Shown piece after piece: positions 1 through 12,629 of a DNA stretch of 64,000 nt. The first letter of the stretch is position 1. Each line of letters opens with the position of its first letter. Origin of the DNA: Eledone cirrhosa. Its lineage: Eukaryota. A model generated the notes under the pieces. It saw only the letters and a program-made list of their open reading frames with translations, ran no database searches and had not been told where the DNA came from. The stretch lies in assembly GCA_964016885.1 (NCBI GenBank), contig CAXHJY010001677.1, positions 186,001 to 250,000 of the forward strand, in the 5' to 3' direction. The translations under genes were made by a program, and so were the position numbers.

Positions 1-1910
1 CCAACTGCTGCTTCCATAGCCAGAATTTATTCTCTAGCTCCTCTACTGATTCTGCTTTAAGAACCAGATCGTCAGCATAGAGAAGTTCCCATGGACAGCC
101 AGTCTTAAACTCCTCTGTTATGGCTTGGAGGACTATAATGAACAAGAGCGGGCTTTGGACTGAACCTTGATGTACACCTACTTGTATCTGGAATTCCTCA
201 CTAAACTCCATTCCTACCTTGACTTTACTGACAGCACCGCTGTACAAAGTTTGCACTGTCCTCAAGAGCCATTCCTCAACACCTAGTTTCCTTAGGGACC
301 ACCAGATGACAGATCGGGGTACTCTATCAAAGGCCTTCTCTAGGTCAACAAAGGCTAAGTATAGTGGCTTATTCTTCTCTAAGAACCTCTCTTGTAATTG
401 TCTCACCAAGAAGAGGGCATCTGTTGTACTTTTCTGAGGCACAAAACCAAACTTCATCTCATCTAGTTTGACCCTTTCTCTAATTAGTTGTGCTAATATC
501 CTTTCTGCCACTTTCATAACCTGATCCATCAGTTTAATACGCCTATAATTGCTCTTCTCCAGAGCATCCCCTTTACCTTTGTAGCAATTTATAAGAATAC
601 TGCTGCACCAGTCTTTGGGTATGACACCACCAAATATAGCCTGATTGATGATGCGTGCAACCAGTTTAGTGCCTACGCCCCCTGATGCCTTCAGCATCTC
701 AGCAACTATCCCCCGACAGCCTTACCATTTTTCATTTCCTTAATCGCCTCTTGGACCCTATATTCATCAATCTCAATAGCTGGTCCCTCTGTTGGATCTA
801 CTGAGGGTAATTTCTCTCTCTCCCATTCGTTCTTCCCGTTCATCAGTCTCTCATAATGACATTTCCATGCCTCCTTTTTCAGATCATTCGTGACAGTAAG
901 TACACCGGCATCATTCCGGACACATTTATCTCCAACAACATCCTGATTTGCATTGACACACTGCCTTGCAATGTGGAACACTGCACGCCTATGATCTTCC
1001 CATCGCAGAACATTGTTAAACCTCCTACTCTCAGCCTCCCTGCGTGCTAAGTACACCTGATGTCTAGCTTCTCTCTTAGTGGCTGTATATTCTTCCCTAC
1101 ACCCACCCTTTTTCCAAGCCTTTCATGCTAGTCATATGTCTCTAATGGCCTTATCTACTGTGCTGTTCTACCACCAGGTCATTCTCTGTCTGGTTGGAGC
1201 TCTGCTCCAGCCATAAGTTTCATCAGTAGCCTGCAGCAAGTTGTCACGTAAGAAATTCCACTTATTATCTATGTCATACGTCTCTAAATCGTCTTCTTTT
1301 TCGTCATACACATCTTGAAGGGATTTCCTAAATTTGTATTTTAGCTTCCAGACCTTTCTTCTCCACACCTTCCTGTATGTCTCATTCCATCTCTTGCTTA
1401 CTGAGATATCACTAACGACTAACCTATGCTGTGGGGTACATTCTTCCCCATGATATGCCTTGGTATTTGACACCATCTGCCTGTCCTGCTGCCTAACTAG
1501 TAAGAAGTCAATCTGGCTTATGTGCTTGCCTGATTTGTAGGGTCTTAGGTGGTTGGCAGGTTTCTGGAAGTTAGTGTTGCAAATAGTCAGTGTACTTGCG
1601 TCACAAAATTCAAGAAGTCTCATTCCTTCATTTCTTGAGCCATAACCGTGCCCACCATGTACCTCAGTGTAACTATCCTGGAGCTGGCCAACATGACCAT
1701 TGAAGTCTCCTGCTAGCATAACGATGTCTCCGTCTTCTGTCATTGCAGTTGTTTGTAAAAGTTGCTCTTAAAACCAGTCTTTCTCTTCTTTGCCTAGGCC
1801 AGCTTGGAGAGCATAGGAAGAGATGATTGTCAGTAGTCTCCTGCCTAATCTAATCTAAGCTTAATTATTCGATTACTAACTCGAACTACCTCTATTGTCT
1901 TATTGATCCA
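1..1910 (-). mobile_element. RTE-clade LINE, degraded (AP endonuclease + reverse transcriptase), runs off window start
   Basis: ORF 1168..1743 has APE motifs (LAGDFNGHVG, NTNFQK, SQIDFLLV, QHRLVV). The minus strand of 1-700 gives RT motifs FVDLEKAFDRVP, GVHQGSVQSPLLF and LLYADDL. Stops and frameshifts present. Confidence 0.92.
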
Positions 1911-2599
1911 ATATATATATATTTATTTATATACAATATATATTTATTATCATCATCATTATATATAACCACTTTTCCTGCTAGCAAAACTGAAGCAGGG
2001 CAACTGACATCGTAGACAGCCTGTGCCATCTGTATTCTGCTTATGCATGGTCATGTTGAGTGCAGAAGAGAAGTTGTGTCTTTTGAAACAAACTTAAGCG
2101 TCCTCCTAAAGCCTTCTTTGGCAAGCTTTCTATGGCTCTATGCCCTTCCTATCACCAACAACTTTACAGCTTATACTGGGTGTGTTTACAAATTAGATCA
2201 CCAACACGAGAAATGTTGTGGTGACTTTGACACAGCTAAATGGATCTCTTGATCCTTTTATGCATGGTTACTACAGTGGAGTGCCTTCTTGTTGCCAACC
2301 ACCCTTATGAAGTGTACTAGGGGCATTTTTGTGATGCCATTATTAAAGGGGTTATTGGTCATAGATCCAAATGTAGAGCTCTCTCGGCTCTGGGGAGAGG
2401 GGTAGTAGAGAAGGGAGATAGATATGAAATTATAGGTGTTTGTGGGGATTTGGCAGGGCGATGAGTCAAGGCTAGGGGTGGCTGATTAGTATATGGGGAT
2501 GTAGTGATGTGAATGATGTGGTCAACATGGTGGTGGGTGGAGAGATAAGTAGTGTTAAGGGATGACTATATATATATTTTCGGGTTTAAACTCTAAACG

Positions 2600-2810
2600 T
2601 AATTTTAGCACAAGACCAGCAATTTGGAGGAGCAGGGAAAGTTGATTATATCAATTCCATTATTTAATGGGACTTTATTTTGTCCACATCAGAATGACAA
2701 AAGTAAAATTAACCTCTGTTGCATTTGAACTCAGAATGTTAAGGTCCATAACAAATACAATAAATCATTTATCCTTGACTGTAATGATTTTGCTAATCCA
2801 CTGCCTTACA
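2600..2810 (-). mobile_element. tRNA-derived SINE, family A, diverged copy
   Basis: Similar by eye to the cleaner copies at 21990-22170 and 36315-36508 (GTTCAAAT box-B-like motif, central motif, 3' CTTGTGC tail). Confidence 0.6.
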
Positions 2811-2965
2811 AATAATAATGAAGCTAAATAAAAAATTAAAAAATTGGTTTAGTTCTGAGGTACTATGTTGTTCAGTTTTTTGTTATTATTTTATTGGTAT
2901 TGTAAAAATAGAGTTAGAATAGAGGAATATAACAAGTCTCTCCATAATGAATGATTTTCCCATAG

Positions 2966-3103
2966 ACAAATGTCGTTATCTGTTTCAGAACAGCAAATCT
3001 CCCAAATTGGTTACTCTGAGTGTATCCACTCGATCATCATTGAAGCTATTCAGGCTATAACTCTACAGTTACCAATACCTCTTGGGAGGAATCAACATTT
3101 TTG
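2966..3103 (+). CDS. candidate host exon, unidentified protein (QMSLSVSEQQISQIGYSECIHSIIIEAIQAITLQLPIPLGRNQHF)
   Basis: Acceptor TTTTCCCATAG, 138-nt open frame, possible GC donor (GCAAG). No recognised homology. Confidence 0.25.
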
Positions 3104-4126
3104 GCAAGCCTCAAATGAAAATAAATATATAAATAAATAAATGAAGTAACTATAACATTTGAAAAAAATTGAAATCATTATCATTTTCATCATCTTTATT
3201 ATTATTGTTTATATTATTCCTATCATCACCATCTTACTAATGCTCTATGCCATTATCAAAGTGTTCTCCATTCTTATCATATTCATACTCAGCACCAGCT
3301 GTATCATCATCATCATTGTTAACTGGTTTTAACAGCAACCCTACGAACATTTTAATTAACCACAAAAATCACTCTTATCACCAACAGTTCTCTGTAACCT
3401 CAATGACATCATTATCATCATCATCGTCAACATCAACTTCATTCAAGAGCAGCCTTACCAACATCATAATCTTCCACACACATTTTTGTAGTTAAGGTTA
3501 TCATAAAAAATGTCCCTACCATGACCATTATCACCAACATGTGTTTTTAGCATCATTGACATCATCATCATCATAATCATAATTATATTCACTGGAAGCA
3601 GCTGTATCTGCAGCAGTAGTGATACCCTGTCATTAATATTTATGTTGAATTAGCAATGAAGATCTCAAATGTATCAACAACTCAGTTGTTTGAGCAATAA
3701 ATTAACAAACTAATGCTTCTTAATTGTATTTCTGACACTGAAAAATTGTAATTTCTCTGGTCAGCTCTCTTGCCTTGGCTCACACACTCACCATCACCTG
3801 CTTCTCTCCCTTTGCTGCAACCGATCGGGGAGGTTTCTTATCTGCTGACAACTGTTGCAGCTATTGCTCATGATTAATCTGTTGTGTGCATGAGATGCAA
3901 TGTGACAGCATAATTAGAGAGGTCAGCACGGACTAAGTGATAATGTATTGAATTCAACAATGCAGGAAGCTTCCATGTCTTTGAGATCTCATGGGGCAGT
4001 TGTAGACAGTATTAACCATGGGTGTAGGTCAGTGTAGGTCATGGTGGTGAATTAGTGCTCATTACATTGCAAAATTAATGCATGTTTTATACATTTTTTT
4101 ATATTAATATAGATTATCTGGATGAG

Positions 4127-4158
<32 letters not shown>

Positions 4159-4712
4159 TGTTGATAATTCCCAAATCTGCCTTTAGCAAGAAAACCTATG
4201 ATCAAACTCTTTCTAGCAATAACCAGCAGTACTAACACTATACATAGTCTACTGGGTGCTTTTTATTGTGACACTGCTACTGCCATGTATATATTTAAAA
4301 AGTATATACAGGAACACATCGTCAAAAGTGATCTTTATTATTTAAGATGCTAGGGCAGAGCTATTTAACCAGACATATCCATACACCTTAGGTGATTGGA
4401 AACAAAGCATCAGTCTCTAGTATAGCTTTCTATTAATAAATATGTCAAACTCTGTATGATTTACTTTTATCTTCTATTATAGGCTACATATATACTAAGT
4501 AAAATCAAGCTACTGACTTCTTTGAAGTCATATTAACACCTACTGAAACTGGTGATGATGATGAGGCTGATATTAGCAGTCTCACAAATTGGGAAAGGGA
4601 AAATATTAAGCAATCCTTGAAGTGGTTATCTGAAATCATAAAACTGTGGTAGAATCTCTTTGTTAAGGACGGTTTGGCTCTATTTTTAGCAGATCAAGTG
4701 ACCATGAAGATG

Positions 4713-4760
4713 TCACTTTATTAGTGTGTTGAATTATAATTCAACACACTAATAAAGTGA
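4713..4760. repeat. perfect 48-bp palindrome centred on TA
   Basis: TCACTTTATTAGTGTGTTGAATTA|TAATTCAACACACTAATAAAGTGA. Confidence 0.95.
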
Positions 4761-5959
4761 TAGGGATTATATTGTGAATTATAAATAATTTCCCTCACAA
4801 CAGCTTTTTATCTTTAATTAGATCACTACATTTTATAAGCATGCGCACAAGCCAAACTTTATGTAGTTGCTCAACCTGCTTCACATCAAACTATATCATT
4901 TAAGAAAATAATTAGGAGACGTTAGATCAGATGTTCCCAACCAAGTGTCTGCTAAGACCTGGAAGTCTACAAAGGTAGAGTGCTTTGGATGTCTATGAGA
5001 AAATTAATTGAAATATAAACTTTCTTGGGAGAGAAAAGTTTGGGAACCACTGTGAAAGAGAATGATCCAGGTGAGATATTTTCCATAAATACTGCTATGC
5101 TTTATGGGTTTGGGATCACATCTTCTATGTTCACCTTTTGGCATGGTTTCTACAGCTGGATGTCCTTCCAATTGCAAACCACATTACAGAGTGTACTTGG
5201 TGCATTATTAGCGGCAACATTAACAGAGCATTATTCATAATAGAGTCATATATGAAACATAAACAATACATTTTTGTATAATGAGTATATATAAGTCTTA
5301 CTACTGAGGTAGCTGTGACCATAGCTTAGAACACCCAGAGCATGACTTATGTATGTTTATATCCATAAACAATGAATATACTTTCATATATCCCTCTATA
5401 ATGAATCCTGCTATATTAGTGTTACTGCCAATTAATACCAACTCAACAAGTTTGCATTATATAAGATGTAGTTTATTCACTGGGTGACTAATTGTCAATG
5501 AAGATGGGTAAAAATCCTGAAACATCCGTGTGTGGCATTTTCATAGGGTTACTGAGGTGGCTGTGATGGGATTACGGCTTAAAACCACCATAGTAAGATT
5601 TATGTATGTTTATTACACATAAACATATTGTATCTGCCTCTATTAGTTGAATTATATATATATATATGGTGGGGTGAGAGATATATCTATAACTGTGGGC
5701 TTGATATAATCAAGCGAAGTCCTTTATATTGGTGCCCTAACATGGCCGCAATCCTATGATTGCAATCAGTAAAAGAATAAAAGATTGAATATATGCATAT
5801 GCATGTTTTCTATTTCTACATATTCAGTGTGTGTCTATGAGTGATCGTTATTGGATTGCTGAAACGCCAATTTTTCTGATGTAACACAAATAAATCGCTT
5901 GAGGTTCCTGGAACCACTTGCTGCTTTTTGGTTATTCATTTATTTAGTGTGGTAAGTTT

Positions 5960-6057
5960 TATTATTATTATAAATGTTGTTGTTATTATTATTATTATTA
6001 TTATTACTATTACTATTATTATTATTGCTGTTGCTGTTGTTGTTGTTGTTGTTGTTA
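5960..6057. repeat. (TTA)n/(TTG)n compound microsatellite
   Basis: Direct reading; gives the spurious poly-Asn ORF. Confidence 0.95.
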
Positions 6058-6766
6058 CGAAACGAGGAAATAGGAGAATATTTCAAAAAAGAATTCTTTA
6101 AGAAAAGGAAATAACTTTGTAGCCACCATTTTACACACTTGTACACTCAATTATTGATTTGGTTGATTTATTAAAATTTCCGCTTCCGAACGGAACACTT
6201 TTCAATGAAAATCTCCTCACAGGAAGTGGAAAATCTTTATAAATTTTCTAAATTTATAAAGTGACTGTAATGGAGTATAGAATTATGGAAGCAAAGCTAA
6301 CATCCATTTCATATTAGCATTGTTTTGCTGGTCATAGTTTTGGAGTGTTTGTTTATTTTTGGTATATTTTTGTATTTTTGTATTTTTCTATTTCAATTTG
6401 AGAGAAAAAGCATTTTTGTTTTTGTTTTACCCAAATCTTATTCTCAGGATCAAATATGATTCGTGTTAAATTTCATTACAAAAATAATCTTTTTTGTTTT
6501 AGCTTCGTTCATGTTTTGATGTTTTAATGCAGTTCATTTCCTCATTTCCAGAGAATATTAAAATCACTAGCAAAAATAACAACAAGAATACCAGCAGCAA
6601 AATAATTATTATGTATATATTATTAAATTTGGGTATGCACCTATATGTGTATGTGCAAATTGGGTGTTATGTGTGAATATATACAATTTTATGGATGTGA
6701 AAGTGATTTTTAAAAAGTTAGGTTTGGATATAAATTTTATGATTTATAATTATGACTATTTGTTTT

Positions 6767-6990
6767 TTAAACATTTCGTTATCATATTTCTAATGAAAGA
6801 CACTGCCTGTAATTTTCAAATAACTTTGGAAATAATCAAAATTGTGAAGGGATTTGGTACTATAACTTATTTTAACATTATTACTGATGCTTTCTTACAT
6901 ACAATTATGATAGGTTTACAGAAAACTATAAACACTTTAAAATAAATACCAGCTATTTTAAACCCACATGATTGGTATCAAAAGGGTTAA
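6767..6990. mobile_element. TTAA-flanked MITE (piggyBac-like non-autonomous family)
   Basis: Ends GGTATCAAAAGGG-TTAA. The same terminus recurs at ~9425, 18385, 19681 and 50221, with shared internal sequence. Confidence 0.6.
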
Positions 6991-7859
6991 GGATTTACTG
7001 GACCAAAACCCAGTTCAGAGAAATGCTATATAGAGAAATTACTTAACTCTGTCATATATTATCTATTCTTATTTAAAGCGAACAAGGGAACATTTACATG
7101 TCTCTTCCAACTGACAAGATATATCAACCAAATTATTCCCCATATCACACTTTATTATCTTAAATAGGAAAAGACTCATGGAATACAGGCTGTCAAAGTG
7201 GGCAATTAAATGGGCTGGTCATGGCTAGAATATATTTGATCTTGGGTGTTCTGGAACTAAACAACAATTCATAATAATTTTATTGAATTCCAAGGTGATT
7301 TGAAGTTAATTTGAATGTGGCTAAATTTATAATCTGTACTAAATATAGAAAAGTATATAATATCAGTTTTAATCTCCTACTTTTAGGACTTTTATTCAAG
7401 TGGGCTAAGCAAACATGTAGACATGTTTTCATTGTTTCATATTTGAAATAATGTTGAAAGGCTGCAAATCGTAGACATTTGACTTAGTCATAAGTATATT
7501 GATTTCATGCATTTGCTTAAGGGTAAACATTCATGGTGATTAGATGATTGAACCATCTCCAGAAAATACTTGGTGGATATTTCATCAAATCCAGTGGAAT
7601 AAATACCAATTCAGTCCCAGTGGGATTTGAAATGAGAATATACAGAGATAAAACAAAATTTCTGGTGCATTACATTTTCTGTCAATTGATCGGCCTCATT
7701 GCAGCCACACTACGTATACTACTTTGGCTTTTAGTGGAGGAATTCAAAGTCAGCTAGAGAAAGATTTGAACTCAGTAACATGGCATACTGAAGTATTTCT
7801 CGCAAAGAATCTATTCTTGTTATCCACGATTTTCACTATTTGTATGTGTTGTGAGTTGG

Positions 7860-8110
7860 ACCACTGTTCATTTCAACAATAAGTGTTCCTCAAAGATTGA
7901 TCAACAGAACAGCCTACTTGAGAAATTAAGTGCAAGTTGCCGAGTATGACTCAGTGAGTTACAGGGCTGGCCTTTTTATTTACAAGCTCAACTAAGCTAC
8001 TTCCAGCTGAGTAGACTAGAACAATATGAAATAAATAATCTTAATTAAGGACACAACACGTCACCCAGAATCAAACTCATACAGCCTAACCATTAACCTA
8101 TGTGCTTTCA
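7860..8110 (-). mobile_element. tRNA-derived SINE, family B, diverged
   Basis: CAGCTGAGTAGACT..AAGGACACAACAC..AGAATCAAACTC, matching 35385-35635 and 41445-41595. Confidence 0.55.
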
Positions 8111-9074
8111 CATTTCATTATTTGCAACTGCAGAAATAAACATTTCCTATATAAAATGAATTCATGTATGTGTGTAAGGCTTATATATATATTCGTAGTT
8201 TGATAGCCAAATAGACAAGATGTGGTATTGACTTGTAAAAGACTTTATAAAAACATATATCAATGTTTAAAAATAGCTAATCTTAAAATTTCTCATATAA
8301 AATTATATGTATATGTTTCAATAAATATATTTCTAAAAATTCAAAAATAATTTTTTAAACATCAGTTTGCATGCATTGACAATGTGTACTCAAAACGAAT
8401 ATGTATTATAATGATAAACGGTGTAAGTTAGAAAAAGTAGATAGTCTTTTTAACTTTCTAGACAAAGAAGATCCACAAATTACAGTAAGTATATCGATAT
8501 CAAAGCAATTTTCAAAGAACAACTTATGTATTACTTATTGGTCATTACTTATGTTGGGAAGGGCAGTGCGTTGACAGCATCAGTAGAGTTTTGGACAAAA
8601 TGCTTTGTGGTACTTAGTTAAGAATTTTCCCTTCTGGATTCAAATTCAATGTCTATAAGCTAAGACACCAAATTGCTGCTCTTGTGTCAATCTTAAAAGG
8701 AATTATTGCATATGTTGGGAGGAAATTAAAAATGTAGTTAATACTGCATACTATCTAATAAAATGTGAATGTTTCATCATCCTTAATTCTTTATACAGAA
8801 GCCTTCAACAAACCCCTCTATTAAAGTGTTCCAATTTAGAATTCAGGCGTTGATCTCAAGTCTCTTTATTTCATAACATAATATTAGATTTCTATAGTTA
8901 AATATTTATATTTTGTATGCTACCCTAATCTATTGTCTGGTTTAACATGACTTGCTGTTTCTTAGGATATATTTAGCAGAATCTGTTCTGTGGTAAACAT
9001 CCAGATCAAATTTATGTTAGCTGAATATATTAAAACACTATTTTCTATTGCAGCATGTTGTAATTTAATAACAG

Positions 9075-9175
9075 ATACACCCTCTTGTGGTCTTTACTGA
9101 GACACACCTTCTGCTCACCAATCTTGAAAAGACTGCAAAAGTTATTCGTGCTGCTGTAACTTCACTGAGTAATCT
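9075..9175 (+). CDS. candidate host exon (IHPLVVFTETHLLLTNLEKTAKVIRAAVTSLSNL)
   Basis: AG acceptor at 9073-9074, open frame, good donor CT|GTAAG at 9176. No recognised homology. Confidence 0.25.
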
Positions 9176-9863
9176 GTAAGAAATGTAAAGATATTTTTAC
9201 ATTTCACATTTCAGATACAATATTTCAAATCAAATACACCCTAATAAAGTTAATTAGTGAATGAATTCGAGTTGTTTACTACAATTATTTTTATTTCATT
9301 ACTAAAATAGTAACTTATCATGTAGTTCTTACAGAAAAGTATGTTGAAAAGATGAATTCTTGAAAATGAGGAGTTTTTCAGAGCACCAGAGCCATTATTA
9401 TCTGGATTGGTGTCAAAAGGGTTAAAGGTATTACTGCTTACTTAACATAACTATCATCAATAGTGTAGTGAAGTCAGAAGAGTGTGAACTGACACTGGTC
9501 ACTCTTTTGTTCTACTGGATTTAAAAAAACCCAGTTATTGTTGTGTTTGTTTTGGGATGGAGGACTAAAAGTACAGCTCAGGTGGCATAAACTCTAGCTA
9601 TGCCACTGGTGAAACATCTCCAAACATGTAAATAATTTAATTTTAGAACTGTTGAGCAATAGGAACTTTTTGTATTTGAATAGCTTCAAAGTTTTTGACT
9701 TTGAAAAATAGTCTAAGTTGGGTGTCTTCTGAAGCTTATATGCCCAACTTATTAGATTATTTTTCATAGTCATAAAGGCTGATGCTATTAAAATTAAAAT
9801 ATCTCCAAACATAAATGTTTGAATTGTTAGAATAGCATAAAATTGTTAACAATAGTATTAGAG

Positions 9864-9983
9864 TAATCCATTTGAGTTCTGTATACCTGGAGATATGTCA
9901 GATAATCTTGTATGCATAACTTCCTCCAAATGTATGATGACTGCAAATGTACTATATGCAGCAAATCATTTAGAAGAGAACAG
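9864..9983 (+). CDS. candidate host exon (NPFEFCIPGDMSDNLVCITSSKCMMTANVLYAANHLEENR)
   Basis: Open frame ending at donor CAG|GTTAGT; acceptor uncertain. Confidence 0.2.
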
Positions 9984-10192
9984 GTTAGTCTGTTTTTATG
10001 GAAACCTGTTCTCACATCAGGTGATATTTTTGTCTCACTATTATTTTCTCAAATATGAACTACATACAATCAAAACCTTGAGGACATACTTTTGAAGTGT
10101 AAGTTGTATCTAAGAATGCAGGGTTCGGTAGTTCATTTCCAATGCAGGCCTACTTTGATCTTATAATTGTGTGTTTGTATGGGTAGGTGGTG

Positions 10193-10259
<67 letters not shown>

Positions 10260-11439
10260 GTGTGTGTGGTGACTGTATATATATATGTATGTATGTGTGT
10301 TTGTATGGGTAGGGGGTACACACACACACATATATATATATATATATTTATATGTGTGGTGACTGTATATATATGGATGTATGTGTGTTTGTGTGCAAAT
10401 TCCTATTATATATCGTGTGAAAATACTTGAATGTTGAGGTAATATCCTTGATTTAAAAAAATATGATTATAGTTCTTCTTCCCCTCCCCATTGATTCCCC
10501 CCCCCCCCATTTGCCCAAAGATATAATGGATGTTCATTGTTACTAAACTTTTGATCTAAAACTGATATGAAAATGTATCAAAGATATATAATTTCATTCA
10601 CAACAGAGCCACTTTACTTTCCTCTATTTATGACAGACTTATCGGAAGTATTTATACCTTTCTTAAAGCTAGTAATAATACTAATAATGGTAGGAATAAT
10701 AGTACCAGAATCTTAGTTGTCTTTTGATATTAGTATTATTTTTCTGGGTCACTAGGTACATACGGATTCAGTGTGCAGTATTTTCCATTTTTGGGGGGGA
10801 GGGAGGGTTGTATTGATTTCATATTTATTATTTTTAGGGTTTATTGCACACTTTCATCCAAACTTTACTTGGGTTATGGACAGTTTAAGAATTATGTCTA
10901 TAAAGTGATCTAATCTTTAATATATACCTGTACAGATCAATTAATTACATATCATCATCATAATCATTTTACATCTGATTTCTTTGCTAGCAAGGATTGA
11001 GCAGGTCATCACAGACCAAATCAGTAGTGAGTCAGAGCTACTGACCTCTCGCATAGATCATAGGCAGCGTCTCACTTAAATGTTTTCCCACTATCAAAGT
11101 GTACTTGGTGCATTTTGGCATCAGCACTATGGAGGTCATCATGTCTTTGACACAACTGAAGAATTCTCACATTCTGTTTCAACTGAAAAGCTCTCTCCAT
11201 ACGGTGTAGGGGTGGTTGATAACAATTATTGGCCATATGATATAAGTGTCAATCTTACAATATTTATTATTTTCTTCTGAAATTAATGCAGATTTTATGT
11301 GATATTCATTTCAACATTCTTAAAGAACGAAAACTCACACAAGGTATACAGTTATGTATCATGGTTAAGTTTGATTAATGTTCTTTCTTTCTGTGTAATC
11401 CATATTTCATATATCATATAATTTGCATTTTTGTTAATT

Positions 11440-12110
11440 TACAGATCTTTGGCTTTAAGATGTCAAACAGAATTTTCACCAAATTTATTTCAACATTGTG
11501 TGAAACATAAACGGCTAGAAATATCAATAAAGTTTTGGGCCAAGAATGTGTTAATTAATGCAATGTGTAACATTGAATTAAAAAAACATCTATCAAACAT
11601 CTATCATACATCTATTATTAATGTGTTGAAGTTGATGAAAGACATGGACGCCCTTCTGCTATTCATAGCAATGAATTGAAGGCTTTAGTAGAAGTAAATC
11701 CTTGTACACCTGCTTGAGCTCTTGCAGAAGAGCTCAATGTAAGCATTTGAACACTTTCAGAACATAAAAAAGGGATTGGAAAGTCGAACATTGAAAAAGG
11801 AGTGCTACACGAATTGAGCAAAGACTGGAAAGATTGCTGTTATGAAGTTTATTCTTTGCTTCTTTTGCAAAAATGACATATTTCTTGAGCTCATCAGAGC
11901 ATGTACTGGGAAATCGATCCTATACAACAACTGCTGATATTTTCACACTGTTTCAAGATTCTAAACATTTCACAAATCAGAAGTTGCACAAAAAGACCGT
12001 TATACTGTCTGCAACTAGATTAATCTGCTGCAATTTTCTTAATCCCAGCGAAATCATCAAAGCAGAGAAGTATTGTCACCAAATAAATGAAATGCATAAA
12101 AAATTGCACT
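11440..12110 (+). mobile_element. mariner (DD34D-type) transposon remnant, 5' part
   Basis: Broken translation TARNINKVLG..GRPSAIHSNELKALVEVNP..LAEELNVS..FLNPSEIIKAEKYCHQINEMHKKL, typical of mariner/SETMAR transposases. Interrupted by the LTR element. Confidence 0.8.
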
Positions 12111-12115
12111 GTATG

Positions 12116-12391
12116 TGTTGTATGGACTGGGAATCGAACTCACAACCTCATTGTTGTATAGACTGTTAAATTTCTATTCAATTTACACGTGCTCACACAT
12201 TTGCATATGAATCACGTGACCTGGGCAGTCAGTCAGCGTTGGTATTAAAAACTCGGTCACAGACTGCTACTGACTTACTTTATGTTATTCTGCTACTGCG
12301 AAGAGGGGCGGTGTGGTTGTTTCGCAAATTACACAAATTATTTGATATAACTCGTTGTGTTTTCTCTGCGAGTACCGAGAGGAATACAACA
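12116..12391 (+). repeat. 5' LTR
   Basis: Direct repeat of 16880-17155 with about 7 substitutions by eye. Confidence 0.97.
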
Positions 12392-12399
12392 GAGTTTAT

Positions 12400-12418
12400 T
12401 GGCGACGCCGATAGGATT
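12400..12418 (+). promoter_or_regulatory. primer-binding site, tRNA-Ser(GCU)-like
   Basis: TGGCGACGCCGATAGGATT; its reverse complement AATCCTATCGGCGTCG-CCA fits a tRNA T-stem/acceptor/CCA end. The Ser assignment is from recalled similarity. Confidence 0.7.
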
Positions 12419-12604
12419 TACCTACATTGCTGATAGGATTTACCTACATTGCCGATAGGATTTACCTACATTGCCGATAGGATTTACTTACATTGCTGAT
12501 AGGATTTACCTACATTGCTGATAGGATTTACCTACATTGCCGATAGGATTTACCTACATTGCCGATAGGATTTACCTACATTGCCGATAGGATTTACCTA
12601 CATT
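12407..12604 (+). repeat. 9 x 22-bp tandem array GCCGATAGGATTTACCTACATT in the LTR-element leader
   Basis: Direct count; variants GCTGAT and TACTTAC. Confidence 0.95.
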
Positions 12605-12629
12605 GCCGGGAAATTGTTTATCACAAAAA

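Noticed and set aside
4483-4652. Exon-like frame NQATDFFEVILTPTETGDDDEADISS...
   Set aside because: In-frame TAA just after the acceptor, no donor and no recognised homology; possibly a decayed transposase fragment.
8966-9863. Stop-codon recoding by A-to-I editing or readthrough to rescue the extended exons
   Set aside because: Would require many UAA/UAG changes; TAA/TAG-only stops are not surprising in AT-rich DNA. No evidence from sequence alone.
11431-11679. ORF after a strong acceptor as a host exon
   Set aside because: The sequence is the start of the mariner remnant read in another frame.
12407-12604. CRISPR-like array
   Set aside because: Units are contiguous with no unique spacers and lie in an LTR-element leader in eukaryotic DNA; no cas genes.
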